A stretch of DNA of 64,000 bases from Mobula hypostoma (taxonomy: Eukaryota). The stretch is from positions 8,992,001 to 9,056,000 of the forward strand of contig NC_086109.1 in assembly GCF_963921235.1 (NCBI RefSeq). Reading direction: 5' to 3'. Of this stretch, positions 27,529 through 40,599 are shown in pieces (position 1 is the first letter of the stretch; each line of letters begins with the position of its first letter). The notes beneath the pieces are model-generated. The model searched no databases. It was given only the letters and a program-made list of their open reading frames with translations, and was not told where the DNA came from. A program made the translations under genes and the position numbers.

Positions 27529-28740
27529 TGTAAGAGACTTACTTTGTTATCAAACAGAAATAAAGACACAGACCTCAGTATACGGTTAACCCTTTAATAC
27601 GCGATCATGGAGAGCTGTTTCAAGACTTTGCCAATGTCAAGTTACATCTTAAATGTATACAGTAAATTTTGGGCACAAGCCAACAGCTAAACATACTTGG
27701 TCAGCGATTTGAAGAAGCACTTGTTAAGTATCAGCCAGTCTACAAATGTTTCCGTGCGGTGCACAAAATTAGAACTCTACGTCCACATTCAGTTCCCCTA
27801 TTAGCCAGACGGACTCGGACAAAGGTTAGCAATACCTCATTATTGGTAAGACAGAGTCTGTGTCTTATCCTGTTACCCTCATGACCCAAAATGGTGGATA
27901 AAACTTAACTAGTCAAGATTGACAACAAAATTTAATATTCTTCCGCCTAACTGTCCCTGAACCTGGGGAAGTGGGACCTAAGGCTCCTGTACATCCTTCC
28001 CAACGAGAAGAGAGCTGTATTTTTATCACCTCTCTTTCCAATTGTGTCTCTTCCACATCACTCTCACAACCAGCACCACACCATTCGGTGTCATCCAGTC
28101 TCTCGTGCACTCCACCTTCTCACGAACGTTTCTTTCCCCTGGGAAATACTGAGGTAGTCAAGGCTGACAACAAGATCTAATTTTCTTCCACAGTTCCCTC
28201 CTTTTCGATCATCCTATCAACCTTATCCCTTGTCCACCTTTTCAGGACTCATCTCTATTTCCTCATACCCAAGGGGTAAAGGCCGCATGTTTAAATAAGC
28301 TTCTTCTTCATATTCTGGATCAAGAGATTCCAGTTTAACTTGTGGGGATAATTTTACAGGATTTGCCGGAGGCCACGCTATCCAAGAACAGGCAGATCAT
28401 GTGGCCATGACCACTAGCATAATCATTACCAAAATTAGCCCTTAATGAATGAGGGTTCCCCACTATAAGTCGGTCTTTTCTCTGCACCCACTCCTTACCA
28501 TTAACTAACCTGTCCTGTTTTTCTGGCCCCAGAACTTTTCAGCTGTTTGAGTAGCTACATGCAATCTAGGCACGATATGATTTGTTAAATTGTAGTTAGG
28601 CATTTACCATCCCTCAAAGCAATTTCCCTTAAGGAATACCCATCCAATTAACATTTATGTAGCTTGTTCTTCTGTTGATTATCTGTTCCCTGCTGTATCC
28701 CATTCCTTCCTTTTGTCTGGCCAGTAAAAGCTTTTAAAAT
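27529..28740 (-). mobile_element. LTR element (ERV-like) 3' remnant: decayed membrane-protein ORF, PPT and 3' LTR
   Basis: On the minus strand a purine tract GAAAAGGAGGGAAC lies directly before TGTGGAAG (28192). The LTR ends ...GTCTCTTACA (27529), with ATTAAA near its end. The upstream frame has a hydrophobic TM-like segment and in-frame stops. Confidence 0.65.
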
Positions 28741-28842
28741 TGCTGATTATTTTATCGAAACATTTTTACTTTTTTTTATCAAAGGAAATTGGCTTTGTGC
28801 ATAGGAATCCTCAATCCCAGTCAATCTCACTATATATTCCAA

Positions 28843-28896
28843 AATCCAAAACACTTCCGGCCCCAATCGTTTCGGATAAGAGGTACTCAACCTGTA
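28843..28896. mobile_element. Tigger/pogo-type terminal inverted repeat fragment
   Basis: The reverse complement TA-CAGGTTGAGTACCTCTTATCCGAAACGATTGGGGCCGGAAGTGTTTTGGATTT resembles the Tigger4/MER46 (Zombi) terminus as recalled. Confidence 0.55.
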
Positions 28897-29077
28897 CTTG
28901 CATTAATGAGCAGATATACAGGAGTACCTAAGAAAGTAGCCACTGAGTATATTTTCATATGTGAGATACTTTGCTCTTCAAGAACAGATATAATCCATAT
29001 TTTTAACAAGTACTTGCAATTTCTTAAGCACATTGCTTTCCATTCTCACTAGACTAAATTGTCCTACAATTGTTTGA

Positions 29078-29620
29078 ACATAGAAAATAGAAATCTACAG
29101 CACATTACAGGCCCTTTGGCCCACAATGTTGTGCCGACCATATAACCTGCTCTAGAAACAGCCTAGAATTTCCCTACTGCATAGCCCCCTATTTTCCTAA
29201 GCTCCGTGTTCCTATCTAAGAGTCTTTTAAAATATCCTATTGTTCCTGCCTCCACCACCCTCACCAGCAGTGCATTCCACGCACCCACCACTCTCTGCGT
29301 GGAAAGCTTACCCCTGACATCCCCTCTGTACCCACTTACAAGCACCTTAGAACTATGCCCCCTCGTGATAGCCATTTCAGCCCTGCCTATCCACATGATC
29401 AATGCATCTCATCACCTTATACACCTCTGTCAGGTCACCTCTTATCCTCCATTGCTCCAAGGAGAAAAGGCCAAGTTCACTCAACTTATTCTCATAAGGC
29501 ACGCTCTCCAATCCAGGCAACATCCTTGTAAATCTCCTCTGCACTCTCTCTATAGTATCCACATCCTTCCTGTAGTGAGGTGACTAGAACTGAACACAGT
29601 GCTCCAAGTGGGGTCTGAAT
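29078..29620 (-). mobile_element. CR1-type LINE 3' fragment
   Basis: ERVQRRFTRMLPG...RGDLTEVYK motifs. Confidence 0.88.
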
Positions 29621-29893
29621 AAAAGACTGGGAACTCAGCACCATGTGTCCGAGACTTCTAACTGCCAACCAGACCACCTTTCCTTGGGACAGAGCTAATT
29701 TCAAAAACACAGCTGAAGCTTGTACTGTCCAAAGGTCTGGAATAACCCATGATCTGAAAAGGCTTCAGTACTTGATGCATTTAACTGAAAGTCTGAATTA
29801 ACGTTTTAATTAACAGAGATGGAGTGTACTCCAAATACTGGCGTTTGGCCTAACCCTGTGCTGTTTAAAAATAATATTGCTGTTACCTTTCAG

Positions 29894-30002
29894 GGAAACG
29901 GCGAAAATCCTCACCAAAGCCTCTCGTCCTGACAGAAGCTCAAAAACAGCTAATGATATATAGACTACCTCAGGTCCTCCGTTTGCACCTTAAACGATTC
30001 AG
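29894..30002 (+). CDS. USP49: USP49 coding exon 3 ([35 protein letters not shown])
   Basis: Acceptor cctttcag; donor AG|gtagga; 109 nt, phase 1 to 2; LPxVLxLHLKRF USP motif. Not in the ORF track. Confidence 0.95.
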
Positions 30003-31811
30003 GTAGGATGAATTTGCTACAGCTTCGAAGGATTCTTCTGGTACCTATCAATTCGTGCAACTCTTGAACATTGATTTGTTAGCAATCCCAAAAATGAACG
30101 CCACTTTATTGCTGCACAGATCTTCAGGAAAAAATCCAGACTGTATTCTGGTTCTGCTTTAGTGTATCCATGTAATGCATGTGTATTTTTGTGAGGTCCT
30201 GAAATAAGTTGTGTAACTTGTGTCTCTCCCCTCCTGTTCAACTTGGCAAGCCACTGGGGAAGACTCCTTGACAGTAGTACCTGTACTTAATGTTCTGCTG
30301 CATTAAATGTCAATTTACAAGACTCAGATTGTGGGTGTAAAAAAGCCTTGCTTTAGTCAGAGGGTGGTGAATCTGTGGAATTCTTTGCCCTGGGTGGCCG
30401 TGGAGGCCATATCATTGGGTATATTTAAAATGGAGGTTCACAGGTTCTTGAGTAGTTAGGGCATCAAAGGTTTCATGGAGAATGGGGTTGAGAAAGCTAA
30501 TAAATCAGCCATGGAGAGCAGACTTGATGGCCTGGTTCTGCTCCTATGGCTTCTGCTCTAATGGATGTGCTTTTAGTGAGAAAAGGGAGTGTCTACTTTA
30601 AGAATGCTGTTACTGAAAGAGCAGGGAGAAGCCAAGCCACATCACAGCACAATCCAATTTCTAAGTAAAATTAATTCAAGGATGGGTTGCATGAAGATTT
30701 TGATTTAGTTCTACATCATAGAGTCATACAACATGGAAATGGACCTCCTGTTCCAACTAGTCCATGCCAACCAAGATTCCCCTGTCCAAGCTGGTCCCAT
30801 TTGCCTGTGTTTGGCCCACAACCTTCTCAACATTCCCTACCCAAGTACCTGTCCAAATGCCTTTTAAAAATTGTCAGTGTTCCTGACTCAACCACCTCCT
30901 TTGGCAGCTCAGTCCACATAGATACCACCATCTGTGAAGAAGTTGCTCATCGGGTCTCTTTTAAAACCTTTTCCCTCCCACCTTAAGCCTGTGCCCTCTA
31001 GTTCTTGATTTGCCCACCCCGGGGGAAAGAAATACTGTATTCATCCCAACTCGTGATTTTATACTCCTCTGTAAGATCACCTCTCAGTCTCCTGCGCTCC
31101 ATAGAATAGAGTCCTCACCTCTCCAACCTTTCCCTATAACTCAGTCCCTCAAGTCCTGGCAGTATCCCTGGAAATCTTTTCTGCACTCTTTCCAGCTTAG
31201 TAACATCTTTCATGTAGCAGGGCAAGCAAAACTGAAGACAATTCTGCGCTGTATCTCAGTAAAAATAATAAATGATCCTTAGCCAGGTTTCCATAAAGGC
31301 TATAATATCCCAGTTCCTTATAGCTATCCAAGCCCTCAGTTCATCAGACACTTTACCTGTGGCACTTCCACACTTTGAAATCAGTGCCACTTACTCCAAC
31401 AGAGGTTCCTTAGCTACTGGCTATTCTCCTTGCCTGTCATGTTGACTTACTCCCACTGATTTCCCAGGCACTTCCCAGCCTCTCATTTGCCTCCCTGATG
31501 CTTGGAATCCCACCTCCCTTGCCAGTCTAGTTTAAACGACACCCAGTAGCAATATAAAATCTGCCTGGCAGGATATTGGTCACCCTGAAGTTCAGGACCC
31601 TAGAATTTGTTGAGTCTTGTCAATACCTCGTGATTCGACCTTTCACCTTCCTGCTCTTCATGGTTAAGTTGATCGACTGTTTTATTTAAAGGAAATGGTA
31701 AAACACTGACTTTGGTTATCTTGTATAGAATGTGAGGTTGTTTTTACAGGGCATTGATGTACTGTACCCGTGTTCCTTATTTCCCTCTTGATGCAGCTAC
31801 TGTGTTTTTAG

Positions 31812-32017
31812 GTGGTCTGGGCGCAACCATCGTGAAAAGATAGGGGTGCACGTCAGCTTCGACCAGGTGTTAAACATGGAGCCTTACTGCTGCGAAGGTT
31901 CTTCCTCCATTCTCGGCAAAGAAAGCTTCATCTATGACCTCTCGGCTGTGGTGATGCATCATGGGAAAGGATTTGGCTCAGGACATTACACTGCATACTG
32001 CTACAACACCGAGGGAG
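31812..32017 (+). CDS. USP49: USP49 coding exon 4 with His box ([22 protein letters not shown])
   Basis: Acceptor tttttag; donor G|gtcagt; 206 nt, phase 2 to 1. Confidence 0.95.
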
Positions 32018-33184
32018 GTCAGTTTGCCACCAGGAAATTGTAAATGCGTCCATGCTAAAGCTACTTTGGAGCTATTGCCGCACGGTGGCCTAGAGATACG
32101 TTTTACAGTGCCAGCAGCCTGGGTTCTATCCCCACCACTGTCTGTAAAGTTCTCCCTGTGACCAACGTTCCCTCTAATTTGTAATGGCCAGGGGTGCAAA
32201 ACTCTTGCGCTGTGCAACAACGTGTGCACATTGAATTTTTAAGTGGAAGTAAACCTGAAGCTATTCTAAGGATAATAAGCCATTCCTCTTTAAACAAACT
32301 AGTAGTTCTTATGCGCTTCATGGCCTTTGCTTAACAGTATAAATAATCCATTTCTAAAATCTGCGGACAAATCATCGCAAACTCCACATTGTCCACAGCG
32401 TCCAGAAAAGGAAATGCAATTGTGTACAATCATGAAATATACTCAACGTGCCTATGAGGTAGAGGGTGACAACTTTTTTGTGCACAGTTTAAATTTCTTC
32501 ATGCACTAGTAGCAGAAGATGTGAACGCGCACACCTAGACGGAACATCGCCTGTGACTGCATGGGTTTCCTCCAGGTGCTCTGGTTTCTCTCACACTCCA
32601 AAGACATGTGGGTAACAGTTAGTGACTTCTGGGCATATGCTGTGTTGGTGCCGGAAGCATGGTGACATGTGCAGGCTGTCCCCAGCACATCCTCGGACTG
32701 TGTTGGTCGTTGACGCAAGCAACACATTTCACTGTGTGTTTCGATGTTTCAATGTACATGTGAGAATCTTTATCTTCAGAGTTCCTTTTCCCGGTGTGTC
32801 GCCAAACTCAGAAGATCCAGCTTCCTTCTCAGTTTGTGCCAGCCTTCCCCTTATTCCGTCAGATTTCTGAACGGTCCATGAACTCTATCTCACTCCCTTC
32901 TTTACAGTGAGTTGTTATGCCTGCACGGTTCTGCTGCTGTAAAACAACACATGTCACAACATGGCAATAAACCTGATTCTGATTTAAAGATTAGCTTTAT
33001 TTGTCACATGTACATCAAACCATACAATAAAATTTGTTGTTTGCATCAATGACCAACACAGACCGAGGATGCGCTGGGAGCAGCCCGCAAATGTCACCAT
33101 GCTTCTAATGCCAACATAGCTTGTCCCATAGCTTCTAACCCTAACTTGTACATCTTTAGAATGTGGGAGGGAACTAGAGCCCTT

Positions 33185-34175
33185 TGTCACGGACCCCGTG
33201 ACGGGAATAAAGAACCAGCAGAGATGGAAAACACTTTGGAGTCCAGATTTGCTATGAACTAATAATATTTATTAGTAACTACGCAATACAGTAATATAAA
33301 TGTACATAAGTCAAACAGATTAGCAATGATTATATATAAAAGTAAGTGTGGAATATATATGTATGAAAACCAAGCTTCTTTAAGTCTAGGGGTAAAAAGA
33401 TACAGTCTTATGATGTTGAGTAAAGTTCAGTTCAGTTCGTGGTATTTAGTTGAGTAGTGATGGAGAGAGAGAGAGACACGAGTTGAGTCTTCAGATGAGC
33501 TGATGCCGTCGATCTTCTTGTCGTCCTCCAAAATCCTTTACAAGTCACCGACTGTGACTTTAACCAGGGGGACTGGTTTTCCTGTGGTGGAGCTATCACC
33601 CCGGCAAGGGTGGACACATAGACAACTCCCCACCGGTCAACCCCTTCCTTAGCAGTGGAATAGCAATTTGGATCGATCCGCCTGATCGATCCTCCAAAAC
33701 CCACTTTCTCTGTGGGCACAACAATGCTCATTCAGTGTCCAGATCATGTGTCTGAGGTCTGTATCATCTGACCTCCCATTTATTTCACCAGGCTGAGCAT
33801 CACCTGTCATTCAAAGAGTTCCTCCTTCCTTTGTCTGCAAAGAAATGCAAGCAGGCAACAAGTCCTTGAAGAAATGTCAACAACCTGCTGAAAATCATAA
33901 CATCGAGTGTCCATTAAATAACACCGCCTTCGGTCACCATAGCAACTTACGAGCTGCTCGGTGCTGTCTCCAACTCCAAACTCAGTAGAAATCCAAAGTT
34001 ACTTCCAATGCCTTAAAGTGACAGTCCAACCATCAATCTTCATCTCTCTCTCTCTCCTTTTCAAAAGCAACATATTGGTGGTAAATAACTGTCTGTCTCT
34101 CCTTTCCAAACAAACCATCAATGATAAATGTCTCTCTCCAAACAGTTAATAGGGGCACTCCTGGATCCCCTCACA
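33185..34175 (-). mobile_element. Solo LTR, copy 1
   Basis: TGTCAC...TCACA termini with a perfect CCTT TSD (33181-84 and 34176-79). AATAAA on the minus strand near the left end sets the orientation. Homologous to 52418-53368. Confidence 0.88.
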
Positions 34176-37100
34176 CCTTGGATTCATAAGTCACAGAACT
34201 GAGTACGGGAGTCGGGATGGTGAAGTTGTATAAGACGTTGGTGAGGCCAAATTTAGAGTATTGTGTGCATTTCTAGTCACCTACCTCAGGAAAGAAATAA
34301 ATAAGATTGAAAGAATGCAGAGAAAATTTACTAGGATGTTGTCAGGACTTGAGTCATAGGGGAAGGTTGAATAGGCGAGGACTTTGTTTCCTGGAGTGTC
34401 GGAGAATGGGGGGAGATTTGGATAGCGATATACAAAATTATGAGGGGTATGGATAGGGTACATGTAATCAAAACTTTTTACACTGAGGTTGGGTGAGACT
34501 CGAACTAGAGGTCATAGGATAAGGGTGAAAGGTGAAATATTTAAGGGAAGCTTTTCACTCAAAGGATGGAAAGAACTGCTAGCAGAAGTGGTGGCTGTGG
34601 GTTCGATTGCAACGTTTAAAAGAAATTTGCATAGGTACATGGATGGGAGGGGTATAATCGATGGGACTAGGGAGAATAACAGTTGGGCACGGACTAGATT
34701 GGCCAAAGGGCCTGTTTCTGTGCTCTAGTGCACTCTGACCCAGAGGAAACCCATGTGGTCACGATGAGATGTATTAACTCTGTACAGACAGCGGTGGGAT
34801 TTGATGCTGTAAAACATTGCGCTAGTGTACTGCCCTGATTCTGATTCTGACTTGGCCCCTGTTACTGGGCTTGGAGTCACAAACGTTCCCCTGGAGGAAC
34901 TCAGCGGGTTAAACAGCTTCTGTCAGAATCAGGTTTATTATCACTAACAATATGTCGTGAAATTTATTGTTTAGCAGCAGCAGTACAACGCAAGAGATAA
35001 AAAAAGATGACTATTAAGTTGCAAAATAAGTGTGCGGAAGAGGAACAGTGAGGTTGTGTTTATATGTTCACGGACTGTTCAGAAACCTAATGGCAGAGGG
35101 GAAGAAGCTGTTCCTAAAACACTGTGTTTGGGTCTTGTACCACCTCCCTGATGGTAGTAATGAGAAGAGAACGTGTCCTGGATAGTGAGGGTCCTTACTG
35201 CTGGACGCAGCTTCTTGATCACCTCCCCTTGAAGATGTCCTTGATGGTGGGGAGGGATGCGCCTGCGATGGAGCTGACTGAGCTTACACCCCCCTTCCGG
35301 TCCTGTGCATCGAACCCCCCCCCCCCACCAGGTGGTCAGAATGGGGCAGGAGGAGGGGGTCGACATTTAGGTTCGAAACCCTGTGTCATGACACAGCAGG
35401 TGTTGCTCGACCTGTTAAGATCCCCACAGTGGGCTGTTTGCTGCTCCAGATTCCAGCATCTGCAGATGCCTGGGCCTGAGGGCGAACATTGACAGCCCCG
35501 AGGCAGGTGCCTGGCTTTTCCGAGGCCAGATTCCACCTTTGGAGATGCTCTCGCCTTCCAACCACGTTCCCTGTCAGAATCAGAATCAGGGTTATTATTC
35601 ACATCAGTAAAATTGACCCTAAAGAGGATGTACCTCAGCTGGAATTTTAAACAAAAGTCATAAGGACACGACCCACCCAGCCAACACACTTTTCGCCCCT
35701 CTTCCCTCCGGGAGAAGGCTCAGGAGGGAACAGCTTCTTTCCAACTGTGATAAGACTGCTGAACAGATCCTGACCCGGATCTGGGCCGTACCCTCCAAAT
35801 ATCCGGACCTGCCTCTCGGTTTTTTTGCACTACCTTACTTCCCATTTTTCTATTTTCTATTTCTGATTTATAATTTAAATTTTTATATTTACTAATTTTT
35901 ACTATTTTTAATATTTATTATTTGTAATCCAGGGAACGGGAAGCGCAGAATCAAATATCGCTGTGATGATTGTATGTTCTAGTATCAATTGTTTGGCGAC
36001 AATAAAGTATAAAGTATAGAGCTGTACAGCACCGAAAACAGGCCCTTTAGCTCATGCCAAATTATGACCCTGCCTCATCCCATTGACCAGGACCCAGACC
36101 ATATGTCCTATCTAAAGTGTAAAACAGCCTCAAAGTCCATTTTACCTCACATCAAATGATGCTGCCATTCACTTTCACAAAATGCATTACCGTGCAAAGA
36201 TGGGATTTCTTTACCAAATCCACTAAGTGGTATTGGAACCAAGGCAAGCAGACAATCTGATGTCCTGATCTCCCTGATTCCATTCCCATCCCTATCAGCG
36301 ATAGCCTGCAGGCACTACCCGGGCACTCAGTGGCACGGGACGAAGCAGTGACCCGGCAGTGCAGGGGTTAACACAACGCGTTACAGTGCCAACGATCAGC
36401 GATACCACTGCCTGTAAGAGGTTTGTACGTTCTCCTCGTGACCGCCAAGTGCTCCGGTTTCCTCCCACATTCCAAAATCCTACAGGTTAGCATTAGTACG
36501 TTGTAGGCTGTGTTGGCGACATTGCAGCCTGCCAAGCACAGTCCTCAATTATTTAATTTGATGCATTTCACTGTACGTTTTGATATTCATGTAAACCTAA
36601 TCTTTTATGGGAGGCGGTGATCATCCAGTGTTAAAGCTATCAAGTGAGGTTGGAGAGGCAAGAACTTTATTCCCTGGAGCCAAACAGACTGAGAGGAAAT
36701 TTTTATAAATTAGTATAAAATCATGAGGGTGTAGATAGGGTGAACGCACAGTCCTTTTCCCAGGGTTTTGGAATCAAAAATAGAGAGCAAAATGTTTCAG
36801 CGGAGACATTTTAAAAGAGACCTGAGAGACCAGTTCTTCACACAGAGGATGGTATCTATGTGCGGTGAGCTGCCAGGGGATATGTTTGAGACATGTACCA
36901 TAAGACATAAGAGCAGAATTATTCCATTCAGCCCACTGAGTCTGCTTCGCTATTCAATCGTCCCTCTCAACTCCATTTTCCTGCCTTTCCCCATAACTTT
37001 GACACCCTTATTAATCAAGAACCTATGATCTTCTGCTTTAAGTATACCCAGTGACCTGGCCTCCACAGCTGTCCGTGGCTCAGATTCACCATTCTCTGGC

Positions 37101-37467
37101 TAAAGAAATCCCTGTTCTAATGGAATGTACTCCTATTCTAAGGCGGTGCCCTCTGGTCCTAGACTGCCCCACCATAGGAAACATCCGCTCCATGTCAACT
37201 CTATCTAGGCCTTTCAGTATTCGATAGGTTTCAATGAGATCCCTCTTCGTTCTTCTAAACCGCTATGAGTACAGGTCCAGAAACATCAAACTCTTCTCAT
37301 ATGTTAAACCTTTCATTCCTAGGATCATTCTTGTAAAATAACAACTTATTTACGGTACAACTTAATCAGAATCAGAATCCAGTTTAATATCACCAGCATA
37401 TGTTGTGAAATTTATTGTTTTGCAGCACCACATTGAAATACATAATAAAACTATAAATTACATTAAG

Positions 37468-38016
37468 TAGTACAGTGCAAAAATCTTACATGTATATAGC
37501 TAGTGTGCTTAAGTCCTGCACGGTACTGTAGTAATTTTCTGTATTGCACTGTACTGCTGCCACAAAAAAAGACATTCAATGACATATGTGAGTGATGGTA
37601 AACCTGATTCTGATATGGGTCTCTATTGTGGACTGAGAGTGGGAAGCGGGCAGGGAGACAGGAATCATGGTTGGGAAAAGGAGACGGGAGAGGACGGGGA
37701 GCGGGAAGCACCAGAGAGACGTTCTGTGATGATCAATAAACCAATTGTTTGGAATCAAATGACCTCGCTTGCCTGATGCCTTGATGTCTTGGGGCTGCAC
37801 CCTCTCCCCCCCCCCCCACCGCCGCTGGCACTCTTTCTCTGCCACCTGTCCCACACCCCTCTCCTGGTGCTCCACCCTCGCCATTCCCAACATCCTTTGC
37901 TCCTGCCAGATTTACAAACTCGCTCTCCGCTCCATGTTGACAAATGCTGTACTGTGCAAAAGTCTTAGGTGCCCTAGCAATGTACAGTATGTACCTAAGA
38001 CTTTTGCACAGTACTG
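37468..38016. mobile_element. Non-autonomous Tc1/mariner-type composite element, copy 2
   Basis: A mini inverted-repeat unit (gtactgtgcaaaagtcttagg...cctaagacttttgcacagtactg) sits at each end; the interior is homologous to 12880-13300. Confidence 0.75.
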
Positions 38017-38145
38017 TGTACAAAAATAAGTAGTACAAAAAGAGAGGGAAATACTGATGTAATGTTCATGATATCTGAAGGCAGGTGCAAAGAAGCTGTT
38101 CCTGAAGCCTTGACTGTGTGTATTACTTAAGGTACAATAGCAACC

Positions 38146-38440
38146 TTTAGAAGACAGTTGGACAGGTCCATGGATTGGAAAGGTTTAGAAGATAATTGGA
38201 CAGGTACATGGATGGGAATGGTTTAGAAGACAGTTGGACAGATTTAGAAGATAATTGGATAGGCACGTGGATTGGAAAGGTTTAGAAGACAGTTGGACAG
38301 ATATTTGGATTAGAAAGGTTGAGAAGACAATTGGACAGTATGTGGATTGGAAAGATTTAGAAGACAGTTGGACAGATTTAGAAGATAATTGGACAGGTAC
38401 ATGGTTTGGAAAGGTTTAGAAGACAGACAGATTTAGAAGG
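38146..38440. repeat. ~38-bp minisatellite (tttagaagacagttggacaggtacatggattggaaagg) with shorter variant units
   Basis: About 8-10 tandem degenerate units are visible; the unit resembles CR1 3' sequence. Confidence 0.85.
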
Positions 38441-39057
38441 TTATGGACTCAAGTACTGGGAAATGGGACTAATTGGATGGAGCATGGTGGTCGACATGTA
38501 CCAGTTAGGTCTGTTTACTAGCTGTATAGCTCCACGACCTACTGGGCTGGGAAGGTTCCTGGAGAATGCACAGTATACAACAGATTATCCAGTTATTTCA
38601 CTGACATTTAATGAACAAATATTATTACTGAAAACAGGGAAGGAGCTTTACAGCAAACAGGATATGTACTGGATTACGCAGCTATTTATGCCCTTTAATT
38701 AAAGATAAGGTGGGTGCCAAAATAGTGCAGCAGGTAGCACAGTGCTCTTGCATTCAGGACGTCAGAGTCTGGAGTTCAATTCTGACGTCCTCTGTAAAAC
38801 AAGAAGTTTGTACATTTTTCCTGTGTGCATGTGGGTTTCCTCTGAGTGCCCTGGTTTCCTCCCACATTGCAGTGACATACCGGTCAGTAGGTTAATGGGT
38901 CATTGTAAATTGTCCTGTGATTAGGGTGGGGTTAAATCTATGGATTAGGTTGGCGGGGCTGCCAGAGGGGTCTGTTCTGCACAGTATCTCTAAATAAAAT
39001 AAATACACTAATGCTTTATTTTACAACCTGTAATACCCTTTTCTGTCTCCTCTTTAG

Positions 39058-39251
39058 GATTTTGGGTCCACTGTAATGACTCCAAGCTAAATGTGTGCAG
39101 TGTGGAGGAAGTTTGCAAGACCCAGGCCTATATTCTCTTTTACACTCAAAGAACCGTGCGGAGCAATGTGGAGTTTGTCTCAAAAATGCATTCTGAACCT
39201 CAGGTGCCAACTCGGAATACAGAAAAGAACAGGAGACTGACCTTCCCCTGA
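39058..39251 (+). CDS. USP49: USP49 last coding exon ([10 protein letters not shown]...QAYILFY...RRLTFP*)
   Basis: Acceptor tctttag; WVHCND and AYILFY motifs; TGA at 39249-39251. The spliced CDS is 2121 nt = 706 aa plus stop. Confidence 0.95.
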
Positions 39252-40599
39252 ATATAAATCTTTACTGGAATCCTCTGAAGCCACCAGGCATCGTCCGGCG
39301 GGATTCACGTTGGGGCTGATTAAACGCTGTTGTGTTCTCATGTGGGCTACACAAAATGCCCTAGGGCTCGTTTACTGAAGCGTATATAGCTTTCCTATGC
39401 ATACAATGGTAGGGTTTAATTCTGTACTTGTCAATTAAAAAAGTGGTCTTTTCAAAGTGTCTATCTGCCCCAAGCAGGTGATATGGCTGTCTGCTATATT
39501 AACAGTCTTGCCGTCAGGTCTCTCTGGATATTATTTCCATTGTTGTAGGTTTTGTCTCGTAATTTGTGTTACTAGTTGGTCTTTCAATGCCACCATTTCG
39601 CACTCTCATCTTCATCCTCCATCTCCCAGAAGGTGCCTTTGTTTGCCACTTGGTTCATTCAGTGATGCAGGTACACAGGTTTCAGCATTTTCCCAATGTA
39701 AAAGACGTTCCCCCGTGGGGCCGATCACTGACTGTGTTCACGCAATGATCCAGGGGCTGTCCGGCCTATCACACTGAATGTTCACTACTTAGCACAGGCT
39801 CCAGCAGACCCTCTACGACTGACTGCCAAAGTCACAGAGCAACAGGGAAGCCTTGTCCTTTTTGCTCCCGCTACGTGACTTCACACTTCCACCAGAAAGA
39901 CTTGCGTTGTGATGAGTTACTGTCACAGCACCAGTCCGCTTGCCAGGGACACCAGCAGCTCCTCCACGCAGCCCGCGAGGAAGTCACCTTCTATGGTAAA
40001 GTGAAACCCCGGCCAGATTCAAAACACGTGAGTGTTGGGAGCAAACGTGGGTGAAGTGATTTCGCACTAATGGTTCCGTAATGAGGCTGCTGGATTTTAT
40101 ACAAGAGTAGGAATTGTTAGTATTATGGACAAAAGAACTCTGCCACTAAGGCAGTGTATGTGTAGCTGATCATGCAGCTCTGTAAATGTAAATTAAGAAT
40201 TTTTGAAATAAATGTGGGAGATTAAATCATTTTTATTCAATGTGATCTTGTGTGTGAGTATTGTAGATTACTGGTTTTTGCTTCTGAAAATTGTGAGACC
40301 TCTGTGTTCACTATATTTTGGTTCACAGTAAGGGTTTTGTAAGATGCAGGGGACATTGTTCAGAACAAAATAGGAAATGCAACATTTGACTGCCCAGTCG
40401 CCTGTAAAGTAAAAAGTTTAAATGTCCACTGAGCTTTCAGAGAAGTGTACCTCAAAGGCCGGTTGTTCCAGAGGGGTTGAACATAGACGGCTAGAGTTCC
40501 TGTGTTACACACACAAAATGCTGGAGGAACTCAGCAGGTCAGGCAGCATTTATGGAGGGAATAATCTGCTGAGGCAGTCTTGATGAAGGGTCTCGTCCC

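Noticed and set aside
38146..38440. CRISPR-like array
   Set aside because: The units are adjacent and degenerate with no unique spacers, there are no cas genes, and the context is eukaryotic.
423..39251. Calling the gene USP44
   Set aside because: The [12 protein letters not shown] start, the catalytic-domain sequence and the adjacent TOMM6 favour USP49.
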